Source: Candidatus Cloacimonadota bacterium (GTDB lineage: Bacteria > Cloacimonadota > Cloacimonadia > JGIOTU-2). Taken from it: DNA of 34,803 nucleotides. Positions within the stretch are counted from its first letter, which is position 1. The number at the start of each line of letters is the position of its first letter. Shown here one piece after another: positions 17,913-27,969 of the stretch. The notes under the pieces are model-generated. The model ran no database searches and was not told where the DNA came from. It saw only the letters and a program-made list of their open reading frames with translations. A program made the translations under genes and the position numbers. The DNA lies in contig JBNGBT010000015.1 of the NCBI GenBank assembly GCA_049903315.1, positions 1 through 34,803 of the forward strand, written 5' to 3'.

Positions 17913-20042
17913 TTATTCCGGATATGCTATACGTTTTTGATAGATGCCAAGTAATATGGGTATCATACTTTGCTGTAAAGTTTTTAATTCCTTAAGAGAA
18001 ATTCCGCTCTCTGAAAGTTGGTCGGTATCAATCAAACGCTTGATGCTTTTCTTCACAGTATTCTCAATTTCTTCAACCGTGGGTTCATCCAGAGATTTGG
18101 TTGTAGATTCTACAATATCAGCAATCATCACGATAGCAGCTTCTTTACTTTGAGGTTTTGGACCATTGTAATGAAAATCCTTTTCATCTATCTTTTCGTC
18201 CTGTTCAAGTGCTTCATTCAGAAAAAAGCTTATTTGGGAAGTGCCATGATGCTGTTGTATTATATCGACAATCGCTTTAGGGATGTGATGTTCCCGTGCA
18301 AGCTTGACCCCGTCCTCAACATGTTTCTTAACTACTTGCGCACTTTGACGAGGTGTGAGTTGGTTATGCATACTGTCTTCTTCAGTAGTATTTTCGATAA
18401 AGTATTCTGGATTTTGGGTTTTTCCAATATCGTGATAATAACTTCCAACGCGTGACAGGATCGGGTTTGCGCCTATTGCTTTAGCAGCAGCTTCGGCGAG
18501 ATTTCCTACTATAATACAATGGTGATATGTTCCGGAAGCAACTTCAGTAAGCGATTTTAATAATGGATTACTAAAATCCCCCAGTTCAAGCAGGTGAATA
18601 TTTGTTATAACAGGCAAGCGTTGCTCGATCGGTGCAAGAAGCGTCATGCTGCCGACGAGAGAAATCAATACTCCAAGAACACCCCATTTGATATCATTAA
18701 AAATTTCGAGTATTTTTGTATGTTGTATTGCCCCAAAAATAAAAACAAGTCCAATGAAAAAGATCAGCATATAGAATGCTGCATTATAGAAATCTCTTCG
18801 GCTTCGAGGATTCTCAAGCGGAAGTACCGCGCTCAAGCCGGAAAGACATATTATCATGGCGGGGATGATCTTCCAATCCAGCAAACCCGCTACCAGAAAA
18901 TAGTTCACAAAACCGAATATCATTGCAGCGGGTACATTGACAAGAAATGCGAGAAGAATTATCGGTAAACCAAAAGGAAGAATATACACAGACCAGGTTG
19001 TGAGATTTGTTATCAGAATGAGCATGAGTGCATTACATGCAGTGAAAAGTAGAAATGTCCTAAAGAATGAAAATGTCAAAAGGAGTTCCGGGTACATGAA
19101 ATATGATAATATTATGAAAAGCGAAAGTACAAGGAAAATATAAATAAATTCTGCTATATAAGATAAGACCTGTCTCACCGGATGCTCTGTAACGATCCTT
19201 CTTTGCTCAGCCTGTTCAAGAGCGTTCAATTTTCGCAGCATATCCCCTGTTATTTTCTGATGCTCTTGCACGATCAGTTCATTTTTGAGCACTTCTCCCA
19301 GGACTTGAGGAACACTTTCACTGGCTCTTTTCTTCGCAACATCTGTCGCTTCTTTATCAAAGATGATATTAGGTTGTAAAATTTTATTAAGTGTCTTATC
19401 AATGATGTTTTTCCATTCATCGGAGCTAAATCTGGGAGTGCGCTGATTGAGAATATAGTTGAGTGCAGTTTTCTTTGTGAATAATTCATTAATAGCAACT
19501 ACTCTTTCAGTATTACCCGTAATTAAAGTAATTTTCTCACTCGCGGGTTCGCTTGTGAGTATTCCAACTCCAAGAACACTCTTTACTTGCACGAGCAGGA
19601 ACTCAGACAGTTGTTCACGGGCATCTTTATTTTCAATAAATTTTAGTTCCTGTTCGCTGAAATCGTACCCTTCTTGATGGAAACTTAATATTCTATCTGC
19701 ATTTAATGAATCACGAACAAATGTTTTATCCAACAAACTGTAGAATTCATTAATATGAGACTGAACATCAAAAGTAACATCATCAGATAGTTGATATTTT
19801 AATAATACACGCTCTTCTGCTTTTGCCTGTTTATTTTTGAGGACTTCAGGATCTTCATAAATGTAGAAATTAAATGGAGCCACAATAGTCTGATTTGAGA
19901 TCTGACCAACATTGAATGTTGAATTCCTTTCATAAATTTTTTCTCTTGTAAAGAAGAAATTTACAAGAAAGATGACTAGTGTAGAGATACCGACTGCAAT
20001 AAATGCTTGTGAAATTTTTTTTAGAGGAATATATGTTTTCAT
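17913..20042 (-). CDS. 7TM-HD (HDIG) phosphohydrolase, PgpH-like
   Basis: N-terminal TM, extracellular domain, 7TM block, then GTYHH...LAEAAA..IGAN..L.RVGSYYHDIGK, QHHGT and PKPQSKEAAIVMIAD. Confidence 0.9.
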   Translation of the reverse strand: MKTYIPLKKISQAFIAVGISTLVIFLVNFFFTREKIYERNSTFNVGQISNQTIVAPFNFYIYEDPEVLKNKQAKAEERVLLKYQLSDDVTFDVQSHINEFYSLLDKTFVRDSLNADRILSFHQEGYDFSEQELKFIENKDAREQLSEFLLVQVKSVLGVGILTSEPASEKITLITGNTERVVAINELFTKKTALNYILNQRTPRFSSDEWKNIIDKTLNKILQPNIIFDKEATDVAKKRASESVPQVLGEVLKNELIVQEHQKITGDMLRKLNALEQAEQRRIVTEHPVRQVLSYIAEFIYIFLVLSLFIILSYFMYPELLLTFSFFRTFLLFTACNALMLILITNLTTWSVYILPFGLPIILLAFLVNVPAAMIFGFVNYFLVAGLLDWKIIPAMIICLSGLSAVLPLENPRSRRDFYNAAFYMLIFFIGLVFIFGAIQHTKILEIFNDIKWGVLGVLISLVGSMTLLAPIEQRLPVITNIHLLELGDFSNPLLKSLTEVASGTYHHCIIVGNLAEAAAKAIGANPILSRVGSYYHDIGKTQNPEYFIENTTEEDSMHNQLTPRQSAQVVKKHVEDGVKLAREHHIPKAIVDIIQQHHGTSQISFFLNEALEQDEKIDEKDFHYNGPKPQSKEAAIVMIADIVESTTKSLDEPTVEEIENTVKKSIKRLIDTDQLSESGISLKELKTLQQSMIPILLGIYQKRIAYPE

Positions 20043-20061
20043 AATCTGATCTTAAGACAAC

Positions 20062-20100
20062 AAAAGCCCCTTATTCCGAAAAATGAGATAAGGGGCTTTT
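20062..20100 (-). terminator. Rho-independent terminator after the LysM gene
   Basis: AAAAGCCCCTTAT...ATAAGGGGCTTTT inverted repeat with a T-tract on the minus strand. Confidence 0.85.
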
Positions 20101-20111
20101 AAGAATATATA

Positions 20112-20996
20112 TCAGTCTCGGGGTATTCGAAGAATCTGGTTTGGATAAATCAAATCAGGATCTTTGATCTGATCTGTATTTGCCCGATAAATTTTGGGCC
20201 ACTGGAACGGATCATTATATATCTCGGGATAACTTGAAATAGTCCATAGGCATTCACCTTTATAGACTTTCCAGCTCGAAGGAAGTCCGCGAGGTATTTT
20301 GAAAACCTGGTTAGGGTATATCAGGTCAGGATCTTTTATTTGATCTCTATTTGCCCGATAAATGATTCCCCATTTTTGAGGATCATTATAAATATGTTCG
20401 TAACCAGCGATCTTCACTAAATAATCACCTTTCACGACAGTATATTCATCCTCATAGTACTCGCCATAAGGATACATATTTTCCTGAAGCATCTCAATTC
20501 TGCTATCAATTTCTGCAAAATCCTGTTGGAATTGCGGAACTTTTGCAAGATTTTCACCTTTCAGGTCTTCATACTGAGCAATGAAATTCTTAATTTCCTG
20601 ATTGCTTTTATACAGCTCGGAATTAGGAAGTTGATCATAGTAATCAAGCTTGTTCTTTATCTCATTCAGTTGTTGTTCGAAATTGATCAAATCGCTATGA
20701 GACACTGTACCAATTGAGTTCATTATTCTGGTATAGATCACATTGTATTGCTGATCGAGAAGAGTAATTTCTTCTTTGAGAGCTGCAATCTTTTTGTCAT
20801 TCTCGGCAACTTGAGGACACGTATTTGCCTGACGCACTTGAAGCATCATCATCTCGTTTTCCAGAGCTTCCCAGTATTTAAGGGTTTCTTCTTTGGAGAG
20901 GTCCTTGTATTCCTCTTCTGTCAGATAGCGGACTTCTGCCTGTAGAAAAGAAGCTAGTATCATCAATAAAACGAATAGCGCGATATACTTTTTCAT
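20112..20996 (-). CDS. Secreted coiled-coil protein with two C-terminal LysM domains
   Basis: Signal peptide and heptad region; YTVVKGDYLVKIA...W..IYRANRDQIKDPDLIYPNQ and a second near-identical LysM repeat. Confidence 0.9.
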   Translation of the reverse strand: MKKYIALFVLLMILASFLQAEVRYLTEEEYKDLSKEETLKYWEALENEMMMLQVRQANTCPQVAENDKKIAALKEEITLLDQQYNVIYTRIMNSIGTVSHSDLINFEQQLNEIKNKLDYYDQLPNSELYKSNQEIKNFIAQYEDLKGENLAKVPQFQQDFAEIDSRIEMLQENMYPYGEYYEDEYTVVKGDYLVKIAGYEHIYNDPQKWGIIYRANRDQIKDPDLIYPNQVFKIPRGLPSSWKVYKGECLWTISSYPEIYNDPFQWPKIYRANTDQIKDPDLIYPNQILRIPRD

Positions 20997-20997
20997 G

Positions 20998-21267
20998 TTA
21001 CTCCTCTCCTAAAAAACCGTCGTCTTTTAGCTGTTGTTCGTAATCTTGTAGATTTTGAAGTTCAACTTTTTTCTGTTGCAATTCCATTTGAAGTGCTTCA
21101 ATTTCTGCATTTTGTGCACCTACTTGTGCTTCGCATTGTTCGACTTTTGCACGAAGGTCATCCAGCTCAGTCTGGGAAATAGGCGGAGGTGGCTTATGAC
21201 AGCAAGCTGACAGCACAAAGAATGCGATCAATAAAAAAGTTATGATCTTAATTAGATTCTTTCCCAT
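20998..21267 (-). CDS. Small coiled-coil lipoprotein
   Basis: SD AAGGAG; lipobox LSAC, poly-Pro linker and a ~55-aa heptad coiled coil. Confidence 0.75.
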   Translation of the reverse strand: MGKNLIKIITFLLIAFFVLSACCHKPPPPISQTELDDLRAKVEQCEAQVGAQNAEIEALQMELQQKKVELQNLQDYEQQLKDDGFLGEE

Positions 21268-21302
21268 ACGATCTCCTTTCAGAGTATGTTTAGATGTTTC
21301 TT

Positions 21303-21326
21303 ATTTTTTAGACAAGTGTATGTCAA
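21303..21326 (-). promoter_or_regulatory. Putative promoter (-35 TTGACA) for the lipoprotein-LysM operon
   Basis: TTGACA on the minus strand at 21326-21321; the -10 box is weak. Confidence 0.4.
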
Positions 21327-21428
21327 GTTTTTCTTACTTTGTTTTACAATTCCATATATTTGGATTGTAGTTTATTCAGAAAAATAGATGATTGGTTGAG
21401 CAATTTTTATATTGAATAAAGGGCATTA

Positions 21429-22328
21429 TTATTTCTCATATACAATCGCTTCTTTGCTATATTTTATCCTGAAAATGTAATAAACGCCAATTAAAGCAGG
21501 AATTACTGAGTTTAAGAAAAAAATTAGAAATGTTGCAGTCACTGCAAGTTCTGCGCTAATACCGTATTTGGAAAAAACTTCAATCGCAAAGGTCTCTCGA
21601 AGACCGAAACCATTAAAAGAAAGAGGAATAATATGAGAGATGTGAATAAGCGGAACGGATATCATGATCTTGAAAAAACTAATATCAACAAAATTCCTTA
21701 AAAGGATAAAATATTGATAGAAAGTTAGTAACACAAAAATGACTTGAGCAAGCATTATTCCAGGTGTTCTTTTTAAATAATTTAATAAATATGATTGGAT
21801 ATTCTCGTTCTTAGTAAAATATGAAAATAAATAAATTATGAATGGAAGAAACACTACAGCAATCAATACTGTTATTTTTATGATCATGCTAATATTTGTG
21901 AAAAAAAAGATTGCCGCAAAAGCTGCAAAGAAGAGATTTTTCCACGTGAGGAATATTCGCTCGATCCCTATTGACGCTAAAGTTGCCTTCTTCTTGTTAT
22001 TGACAAAGTATATTTTACCGATAACACCGATCCCGCCAGGACCAAGAAACCGCAATGCTAACCCTACAAAATAGGATTTGAGTACCTCATACTTCTTTGG
22101 CACATAATCAGAATTAAGTTTTAGATATTTTCCCCAATTATATGCTTGAATGAGAAGCTTGATGATTGTTGTGAATATTATTACAAGAATTATCCATATT
22201 TTAATTGAAATGAAATCATGAATGAGTTGCGGGAATTGTATTTTTTTGAATATGAAATAGAGTATAAATGCAGTTATAACTACCTTGAGAATAATAATAA
22301 TTATTTTTGATGTATTCGATAATTTCAT
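21429..22328 (-). CDS. Lysylphosphatidylglycerol synthase TM / flippase-like membrane protein (UPF0104)
   Basis: LKVVITAFILYFIF, SYFVGLA...PGGIG, ERI and IPLSFNGFGLRE motifs. Start taken at ATG 22328, after the GT2 stop. Confidence 0.8.
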   Translation of the reverse strand: MKLSNTSKIIIIILKVVITAFILYFIFKKIQFPQLIHDFISIKIWIILVIIFTTIIKLLIQAYNWGKYLKLNSDYVPKKYEVLKSYFVGLALRFLGPGGIGVIGKIYFVNNKKKATLASIGIERIFLTWKNLFFAAFAAIFFFTNISMIIKITVLIAVVFLPFIIYLFSYFTKNENIQSYLLNYLKRTPGIMLAQVIFVLLTFYQYFILLRNFVDISFFKIMISVPLIHISHIIPLSFNGFGLRETFAIEVFSKYGISAELAVTATFLIFFLNSVIPALIGVYYIFRIKYSKEAIVYEK

Positions 22329-22347
22329 ATTTTTTAAAAGAACAGGG

Positions 22348-23373
22348 TTACTTCCATGTCCATTTGCTGAACATTCCAAATAGAGAATAAAATATTAGAT
22401 AATATGGATACACGAGAATATATAGTAAATCAAAAATACAGAATGACTCTCTATGTTTTATCAGACCAACTATCCAAAAAATCATAAAAGAAACATAGTA
22501 AATCCCCAAACTAAGCCAATTTTTATAAAAAATAATATGGAATGGCAAATACAGATAGAATAAAAATATGATCAAGGAGACAACTTTGTAAAGTGGAGAT
22601 GATAACGAAAACTGTCCATAACGGCGCTTTTGTTGGTTCACATGATCCTCTATTTGAGGATGTGTATAGACTTTGCAATCTGCGTTATAAGCTATTTTAT
22701 ACTCAGTATTTTTTATAAGATTAAGTAATAATTTATCCTCTCCGCATGTGAAGTTCTTGATCTTCTCGAATCCATCCACCTGATCGTAAACTTCCTTGTT
22801 TATATAAAGATTCCTTCCATTGTTACTGAAAGGAACTCCAAGATTGATCGTCGCACAATAGAAATCCGCAGTGATGATCTGTGAAAATCTTCGGAAAGAT
22901 GACACATCCTTTTCCGGTGAGTAACCAACAATCATTCCGATGTCGTTGTATATGAATTTATTAAAAGTGTCTAACCAGTGAGATGGTACCAGACAATCGG
23001 CATCAGTAAATAAGAGATTTTTAAATTGAGCTTTTTCGATTCCCATTCTCAAAGCATACTTCTTCCCTTTGTAATCTGCGCTTTTCTGTTCTATGATTAT
23101 GCCCTGACAATTTTCTCTATACTGACAATATTCTCTTATTAATTTTTGAGTATCATCCTGTGATGCATCGTCAATAAAAATTATCTCATATAAATGCCTG
23201 GGGTATTCAAGAGCATCTAAAGAACGAAAGAGTAGAGGAAGATTATTTTGTTCATCTCTACATGCAATAATTATAGAAAATGAATGCTGATAAAATTTTT
23301 TTTTTGCAGGAGAAATTAAAATTGATAGACTTAATAAGATAAGAAAGAAAGAAAATAGTAAAATGATTGGCAT
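22348..23373 (-). CDS. Glycosyltransferase family 2 (membrane-associated)
   Basis: SIIIACRDE, IDDASQD, GKKYAL, FTDADC, GEDKLL and QQKRRY motifs; N- and C-terminal TM segments. Confidence 0.92.
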   Translation of the reverse strand: MPIILLFSFFLILLSLSILISPAKKKFYQHSFSIIIACRDEQNNLPLLFRSLDALEYPRHLYEIIFIDDASQDDTQKLIREYCQYRENCQGIIIEQKSADYKGKKYALRMGIEKAQFKNLLFTDADCLVPSHWLDTFNKFIYNDIGMIVGYSPEKDVSSFRRFSQIITADFYCATINLGVPFSNNGRNLYINKEVYDQVDGFEKIKNFTCGEDKLLLNLIKNTEYKIAYNADCKVYTHPQIEDHVNQQKRRYGQFSLSSPLYKVVSLIIFLFYLYLPFHIIFYKNWLSLGIYYVSFMIFWIVGLIKHRESFCIFDLLYILVYPYYLIFYSLFGMFSKWTWK

Positions 23374-23458
23374 TATTAATTTTTGACTAACTTACACTCA
23401 GTTTTAGATAAAAATCACCCATTCCCGTTTTTTACTCGGTTATGAAATAATAAATACT

Positions 23459-23511
23459 GCAAATAAATTCTTATCAATAGTCTTTTCACGGAATCTGATA
23501 AGATTTATTGC
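23459..23511 (-). terminator. Imperfect inverted repeat downstream of ssb (probable terminator)
   Basis: GCAAATAAATTCTTATCA ... TGATAAGATTTATTGC arms. Confidence 0.5.
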
Positions 23512-23543
23512 TTAGATTTAGATTTTGGGGGAGGGATTACTAC

Positions 23544-23897
23544 CTATTTCTTTTCATGCTCAAGAACATGTATTTTATCAGCTCTAATAAGAATTTTAGA
23601 AATCGTTTTGCCCTCGTTGTTTTCCCATTGATTAAGTTTCAGATTCCCTTCAACAAGAACCGGGCTTCCCTTTTCTGCCTTGTCTTCGATTTTCTTTGCC
23701 TGGTTACCCCACGCTTCCACATCTACGAAAGTTGTCTCTTCCTGCCAATTGCCATCTTTGTCTTGATAGGGACGGTTATTCGCAATTGTAATCGTGGTAA
23801 CTTTTGTTTTCTTTTCTCCGACTTCTTTGACTTCCGGATCCCTTACGATGTTTCCACCGATGATTATTGTATTGACGTTCGGTGTTCTTTTGCTCAT
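23544..23897 (-). CDS. ssb: Single-stranded DNA-binding protein, short form lacking the acidic C-terminal tail
   Basis: OB-fold motifs N.IIIGGNIVRDPE, W.EETTFVDVEAWG, KGSPVLVEGNL; ends ...HVLEHEKK. Strong SD AAGGAGG and a TTGACA upstream. Confidence 0.88.
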   Translation of the reverse strand: MSKRTPNVNTIIIGGNIVRDPEVKEVGEKKTKVTTITIANNRPYQDKDGNWQEETTFVDVEAWGNQAKKIEDKAEKGSPVLVEGNLKLNQWENNEGKTISKILIRADKIHVLEHEKK

Positions 23898-24063
23898 TTT
23901 AGAACCTCCTTTATGGTTTCTTTACTCGATGAGCACTTAGCAAAGTGAAATCATATATATTCTTTGTCAAGAAAATTTTAATCATAATAATTAGAAGCAT
24001 TATTTTCGTTCATTTAAGTACCTGTCAGTGGATTCCACCTCAACTCCCCGAAGTTTTTTTCAT

Positions 24064-25839
24064 TTACAAAAAAAGAAGATAGATCAAACCGATCACACAA
24101 ATACCTACAAAGATATTCATCAGGGCACCTATCTTAAAAAAATCCGAGAATTTGTAGCCACCCGCAGAATAGACCATCAAATTTGTCTGATACCCGATTG
24201 GAGATGCAAAACAGGTCGATGCTCCAAGCGCGAGAGTAAGCATAATTGCCTTTTGACTCACACCAGGAACAACTTTTGATATAGATAATGCAATAGGAAA
24301 TACAATTGCTGCAGCAGCATTATTTGTAATAAGAAGTGTGAAAGCACTTGTAAGTATGAAGATCCCAATGATTATACCAATCGGACCCATGAAACTAAGA
24401 GTATTGATAAGACTGTTCCCCACTACACTTGCAAGTCCGGAATTAGCTATTCCTTGAGCAATTCCAAAAGAACATGCAATTAAAATTAGCACTCCCCAAT
24501 TTACAGAATTTGTCGCATCCTTAGGATTGATTATATTAGTTGCCATCATGAGAACTGCAGCAATAGCAGCAGCAAAAATAATAGGAACTAAGCCAGTTGC
24601 AGCAGCAACGACCATTGCAAGAAGGATTATAAGCGCAAGATTGCCTTTCCATCGTGGCTTTTCATAGATATCAAGACTGGAGGTAACAAGCGAGAAATCT
24701 TTTGAATGATACCATTTTTTCTCAAAATCTTTTCTCGCAAGCATAAAGAGAGTGTCATTCGGCTTGATAATAATATCCCCAACTTTGCGATTTACTCGCT
24801 CTCCACTTCTATGTATTGCAAGGATAACAGCATTATAAACACTTCTGAAATTGCTGTCTCTTACAGTCTGTCCTACAAGTGGTGATGAATTTGAAATGAC
24901 CGCTTCAAATGTTTTTGTTTTATCTGAATCAAGATTTTTTATATCGAATTCATGATCAGGGACCGTGATCAGTCCGCGAATTTTTTGCAATTGAAAAATT
25001 GTTTCAGGTAATCCTGTAAAAAACAGTCTGTCATCTTTCAGTATTACCTCATCAGGAGCAATTGGAGCAATTATCTCTTCTCCCCTATTGATCTGAAAAA
25101 GAAATAATCCGTGCAAGTGACGCAGATTTGCCTGCTCTACGGTTTTATTAAGATGCGGATACGTCTTTCCAACACGCATTTCTACTACGAACTCTCGTGT
25201 TTCTTCTCCAAGTTTGACGATCACATCTTTCCTGTCGGGCAACAATTTCTTTCCGACAAAGACAACAAATAGGATTCCTAATATCGCAATGGGAATACCG
25301 ACTTGAGTAATTTCAAAAAAAGAGAATCCCTTGTATCCGTTTTCAAGTAATAAACCGTGCACAACCAGGTTTGTACTCGTACCGATAAGTGTACATGTGC
25401 CGCCAAGCACTGCCGCATATGAAAGTGGAATAAGAAATTTTGAAGCTGCAAAATTGTTGCGTTTAGCCCAACTTTTAACAATTGGGATCAATGTTGCGAC
25501 TATGGGAGTGTTATTCAAAAAGGCAGAAAGACCTGCAACCGGGAACATCAGCCTTATATATCGTGAAGTTTCACTATTACTTCTATTTCCAAGAATTTTA
25601 ATGATGAATCTTTCAAACGCACCCGAAGCCTGCAAAGCAGCACTTACGACAAATAGAAATCCTACTGTAAGCATTCCCTTATTTGAGAAGCCTGCAAATG
25701 CTTCGTTTATAGTAATTACTCCCCCGGCAATAAGCAACAGTAATGCAGAAAATACAATTCCCGCAGGATTGAACCACTCTTTCGCAAGAGCGATGATCAT
25801 GAGAATGATGACTGAAGAAGTAAAAATTAATTCAAACAT
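24064..25839 (-). CDS. SLC13/DASS permease with TrkA-C (RCK-C) domains, probable sulfate/anion importer
   Basis: SAFLNNTPIV, GGTCTLIGTSTNL, two central RCK-C repeats, ITNNAAA and SPIGYQTNLMV motifs. Confidence 0.9.
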   Translation of the reverse strand: MFELIFTSSVIILMIIALAKEWFNPAGIVFSALLLLIAGGVITINEAFAGFSNKGMLTVGFLFVVSAALQASGAFERFIIKILGNRSNSETSRYIRLMFPVAGLSAFLNNTPIVATLIPIVKSWAKRNNFAASKFLIPLSYAAVLGGTCTLIGTSTNLVVHGLLLENGYKGFSFFEITQVGIPIAILGILFVVFVGKKLLPDRKDVIVKLGEETREFVVEMRVGKTYPHLNKTVEQANLRHLHGLFLFQINRGEEIIAPIAPDEVILKDDRLFFTGLPETIFQLQKIRGLITVPDHEFDIKNLDSDKTKTFEAVISNSSPLVGQTVRDSNFRSVYNAVILAIHRSGERVNRKVGDIIIKPNDTLFMLARKDFEKKWYHSKDFSLVTSSLDIYEKPRWKGNLALIILLAMVVAAATGLVPIIFAAAIAAVLMMATNIINPKDATNSVNWGVLILIACSFGIAQGIANSGLASVVGNSLINTLSFMGPIGIIIGIFILTSAFTLLITNNAAAAIVFPIALSISKVVPGVSQKAIMLTLALGASTCFASPIGYQTNLMVYSAGGYKFSDFFKIGALMNIFVGICVIGLIYLLFL

Positions 25840-25863
25840 TATATATTAACACATCTAAAAGTT

Positions 25864-27267
25864 TTAATCTTCGAGAGAAAATGTTGTCCATTCCTTGCTT
25901 GGTCTATCTATCAGATACCCTTCTAACCAATCGTACTGAGGATGTAGAGCAATAAATTCTTCTGCATTAAAAGGAGTGCCGCATGAGCATCCCCATCGTG
26001 CCCACATTTGCATTGCTTCAGCCATCTTACTATCAACGACTTTCCCATCCACACACCCCTGTGGAGCATATGGAAGTCTTTCCGGCCAATATTGCATAGG
26101 ATCAAGATCGTAGTGTCCGCAGATATTTCTGCTGCACATATTGTCTTCCTGAAGATAAATATCATAATGATCAGCAAGGAATTCTCTTGCTAAATCGGGA
26201 TCTATTTCACCTTTGTTTTCTTGGATAAGCTCATCCCAGCGCACCCTTCGAGCACCCATTGGTGTTCGAATATCAGAATAAGCCGCATTTGAGCACTCTT
26301 GATTTCTGATTTTCAAATCATTCGCAACATTATATCCGCTATAGTATCCATTAGTAGTTTTTTCAAGATCACTGTATTTCAATCCTTGCTCAAACCGCGC
26401 AATTTCGTTAGTATGGATGTCTCCAAGAAGCCAGCTATTAGCATATGCACCATTGTTACCGTTTTGCATTATCTGCACCCATTCATCGATACTCTCTGCA
26501 TACTGCATTGCTTTTCTTTCACGCATAAATTCAGGTGTTTTCTCTGCATCAAATCCGGAATAACCTCCAATAGTTGTTTCAGTTCCAATAATACCTGCGT
26601 TTGTAATAAAATAATCTGTGCTGCTATCAATTAGTCCCGGTGCAGATTGCATCAATATACGATGTCCATTATCAGGTTTGATATCTAATATTACATTGAA
26701 GTACTGACCTGCCGCATAGATATTCCAGGTATTGTGAGCCATGACAATTTTTCCATCTTTTGTGTAGTCACCAGTAGCAATGAACGCGCTGCACTTATCA
26801 TTTTTTAACGGCATTTCTCCTACAATCGTTGGCCACCAGTAATCAAGAAGTTCAGTTAGACCATTCCATGCTAAAATTTCCTCATATGAAATTTCAAGTC
26901 CTGCTTTTGTAGCACCGGTAGCGATCCCCTTCATCTCCTGAATGAATTCTTCATCTATCTTTGAAGCGAACATATCATTCGCATGTTTAATGAAGAAATC
27001 AAAATTTTCACCCGTGTACCATTCAGCAAGAAAATTATTTACTCTGATGGCTTCTCTTAGTTCATTCGCAAGGAGATATCCGTGCTGAAATCCACGTTCA
27101 AATGGAGCACCTTCTATATGAACAAAAATCCATCCGTCTTTCTCATAACGATCTGAGTTTTCTAACCAGGATTGTTCTTGTCCTGTAAGCTCCTGAGCAC
27201 AGAGAAAATTTTGAGAAATGAAAATTATAAGGCATATAAATAATAGTATAAATACTTTTGTTTTCAT
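25864..27267 (-). CDS. Secreted Ntn-hydrolase (C45 / phospholipase-B-like)
   Basis: Signal peptide; GAPFERGFQHGYLLA; KCSAFIATGDYTKDGKIVMAHNTW with nucleophile Cys; ETTI and NNGAYANSWL, as in phospholipase-B-like proteins. Confidence 0.85.
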   Translation of the reverse strand: MKTKVFILLFICLIIFISQNFLCAQELTGQEQSWLENSDRYEKDGWIFVHIEGAPFERGFQHGYLLANELREAIRVNNFLAEWYTGENFDFFIKHANDMFASKIDEEFIQEMKGIATGATKAGLEISYEEILAWNGLTELLDYWWPTIVGEMPLKNDKCSAFIATGDYTKDGKIVMAHNTWNIYAAGQYFNVILDIKPDNGHRILMQSAPGLIDSSTDYFITNAGIIGTETTIGGYSGFDAEKTPEFMRERKAMQYAESIDEWVQIMQNGNNGAYANSWLLGDIHTNEIARFEQGLKYSDLEKTTNGYYSGYNVANDLKIRNQECSNAAYSDIRTPMGARRVRWDELIQENKGEIDPDLAREFLADHYDIYLQEDNMCSRNICGHYDLDPMQYWPERLPYAPQGCVDGKVVDSKMAEAMQMWARWGCSCGTPFNAEEFIALHPQYDWLEGYLIDRPSKEWTTFSLED

Positions 27268-27361
27268 AGTATGATTCCTTATTTGCTATAGTTTAGATTT
27301 GTTAATTTATCGTTTGTATAGTTATTTATAGGAACTTATGAATGTTTTGAAAACTGGAATA

Positions 27362-27967
27362 TTAACAGTTAATTATCTTCTTATTTTTTAAATACTCAAT
27401 TATTTTATTTGCAGAATCTTTCACGCATAATTTGTCAGTATCAATTACTATTTCTGGATGTAAAGGTTCTTCATAAGGAGCGGAAATGCCAGTGAATTCA
27501 GGAATGATGCCCGCACGAGCTTTTTTGTAGAGCCCCTTAGGGTCACGCTCTTCGCAGACATTGAGTGGTGCTTGTACATATACTTCTATGAATTCGCCCT
27601 TGGGTAAAAGCTCTCGATTGATATCTCTGTCTTTTCTATATGGAGAAATAAATGAAGTTATTGCAATAATCCCTGCATCTGCAAAAAGTTTAGCCACTTC
27701 ACCGATCCTTCGAATGTTCTCTTCTCGATCTTCGGGTGAAAAACCAAGATCCTTATTGAGCCCATGTCGGATGTTGTCTCCATCTAAGATAAAAACCTGA
27801 CAGCCAGCTTCGAACAATTGAGCTTGTAATTCAACTGCAACGGTTGATTTTCCTGAACCTGACAAACCGGTCAACCATATAACCACACCTTTATGCTCAT
27901 TTTGATTTTCTCTATCTTCTTTTGAGATTCCACTTTCATGCCATGTAATATTTTGACTTTTTATCAT
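27362..27967 (-). CDS. cysC: Adenylyl-sulfate kinase
   Basis: [34 protein letters not shown] and [11 protein letters not shown] motifs. SD spacing favours ATG 27967 over 27973. Confidence 0.98.
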   Translation of the reverse strand: MIKSQNITWHESGISKEDRENQNEHKGVVIWLTGLSGSGKSTVAVELQAQLFEAGCQVFILDGDNIRHGLNKDLGFSPEDREENIRRIGEVAKLFADAGIIAITSFISPYRKDRDINRELLPKGEFIEVYVQAPLNVCEERDPKGLYKKARAGIIPEFTGISAPYEEPLHPEIVIDTDKLCVKDSANKIIEYLKNKKIINC

Positions 27968-27969
27968 TT

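Noticed and set aside
20120..20400. Direct nucleotide repeats (TATTTGCCCGATAAAT, TCAGGATCTTT)
   Set aside because: Explained by the duplicated LysM domain; not CRISPR or a mobile repeat.
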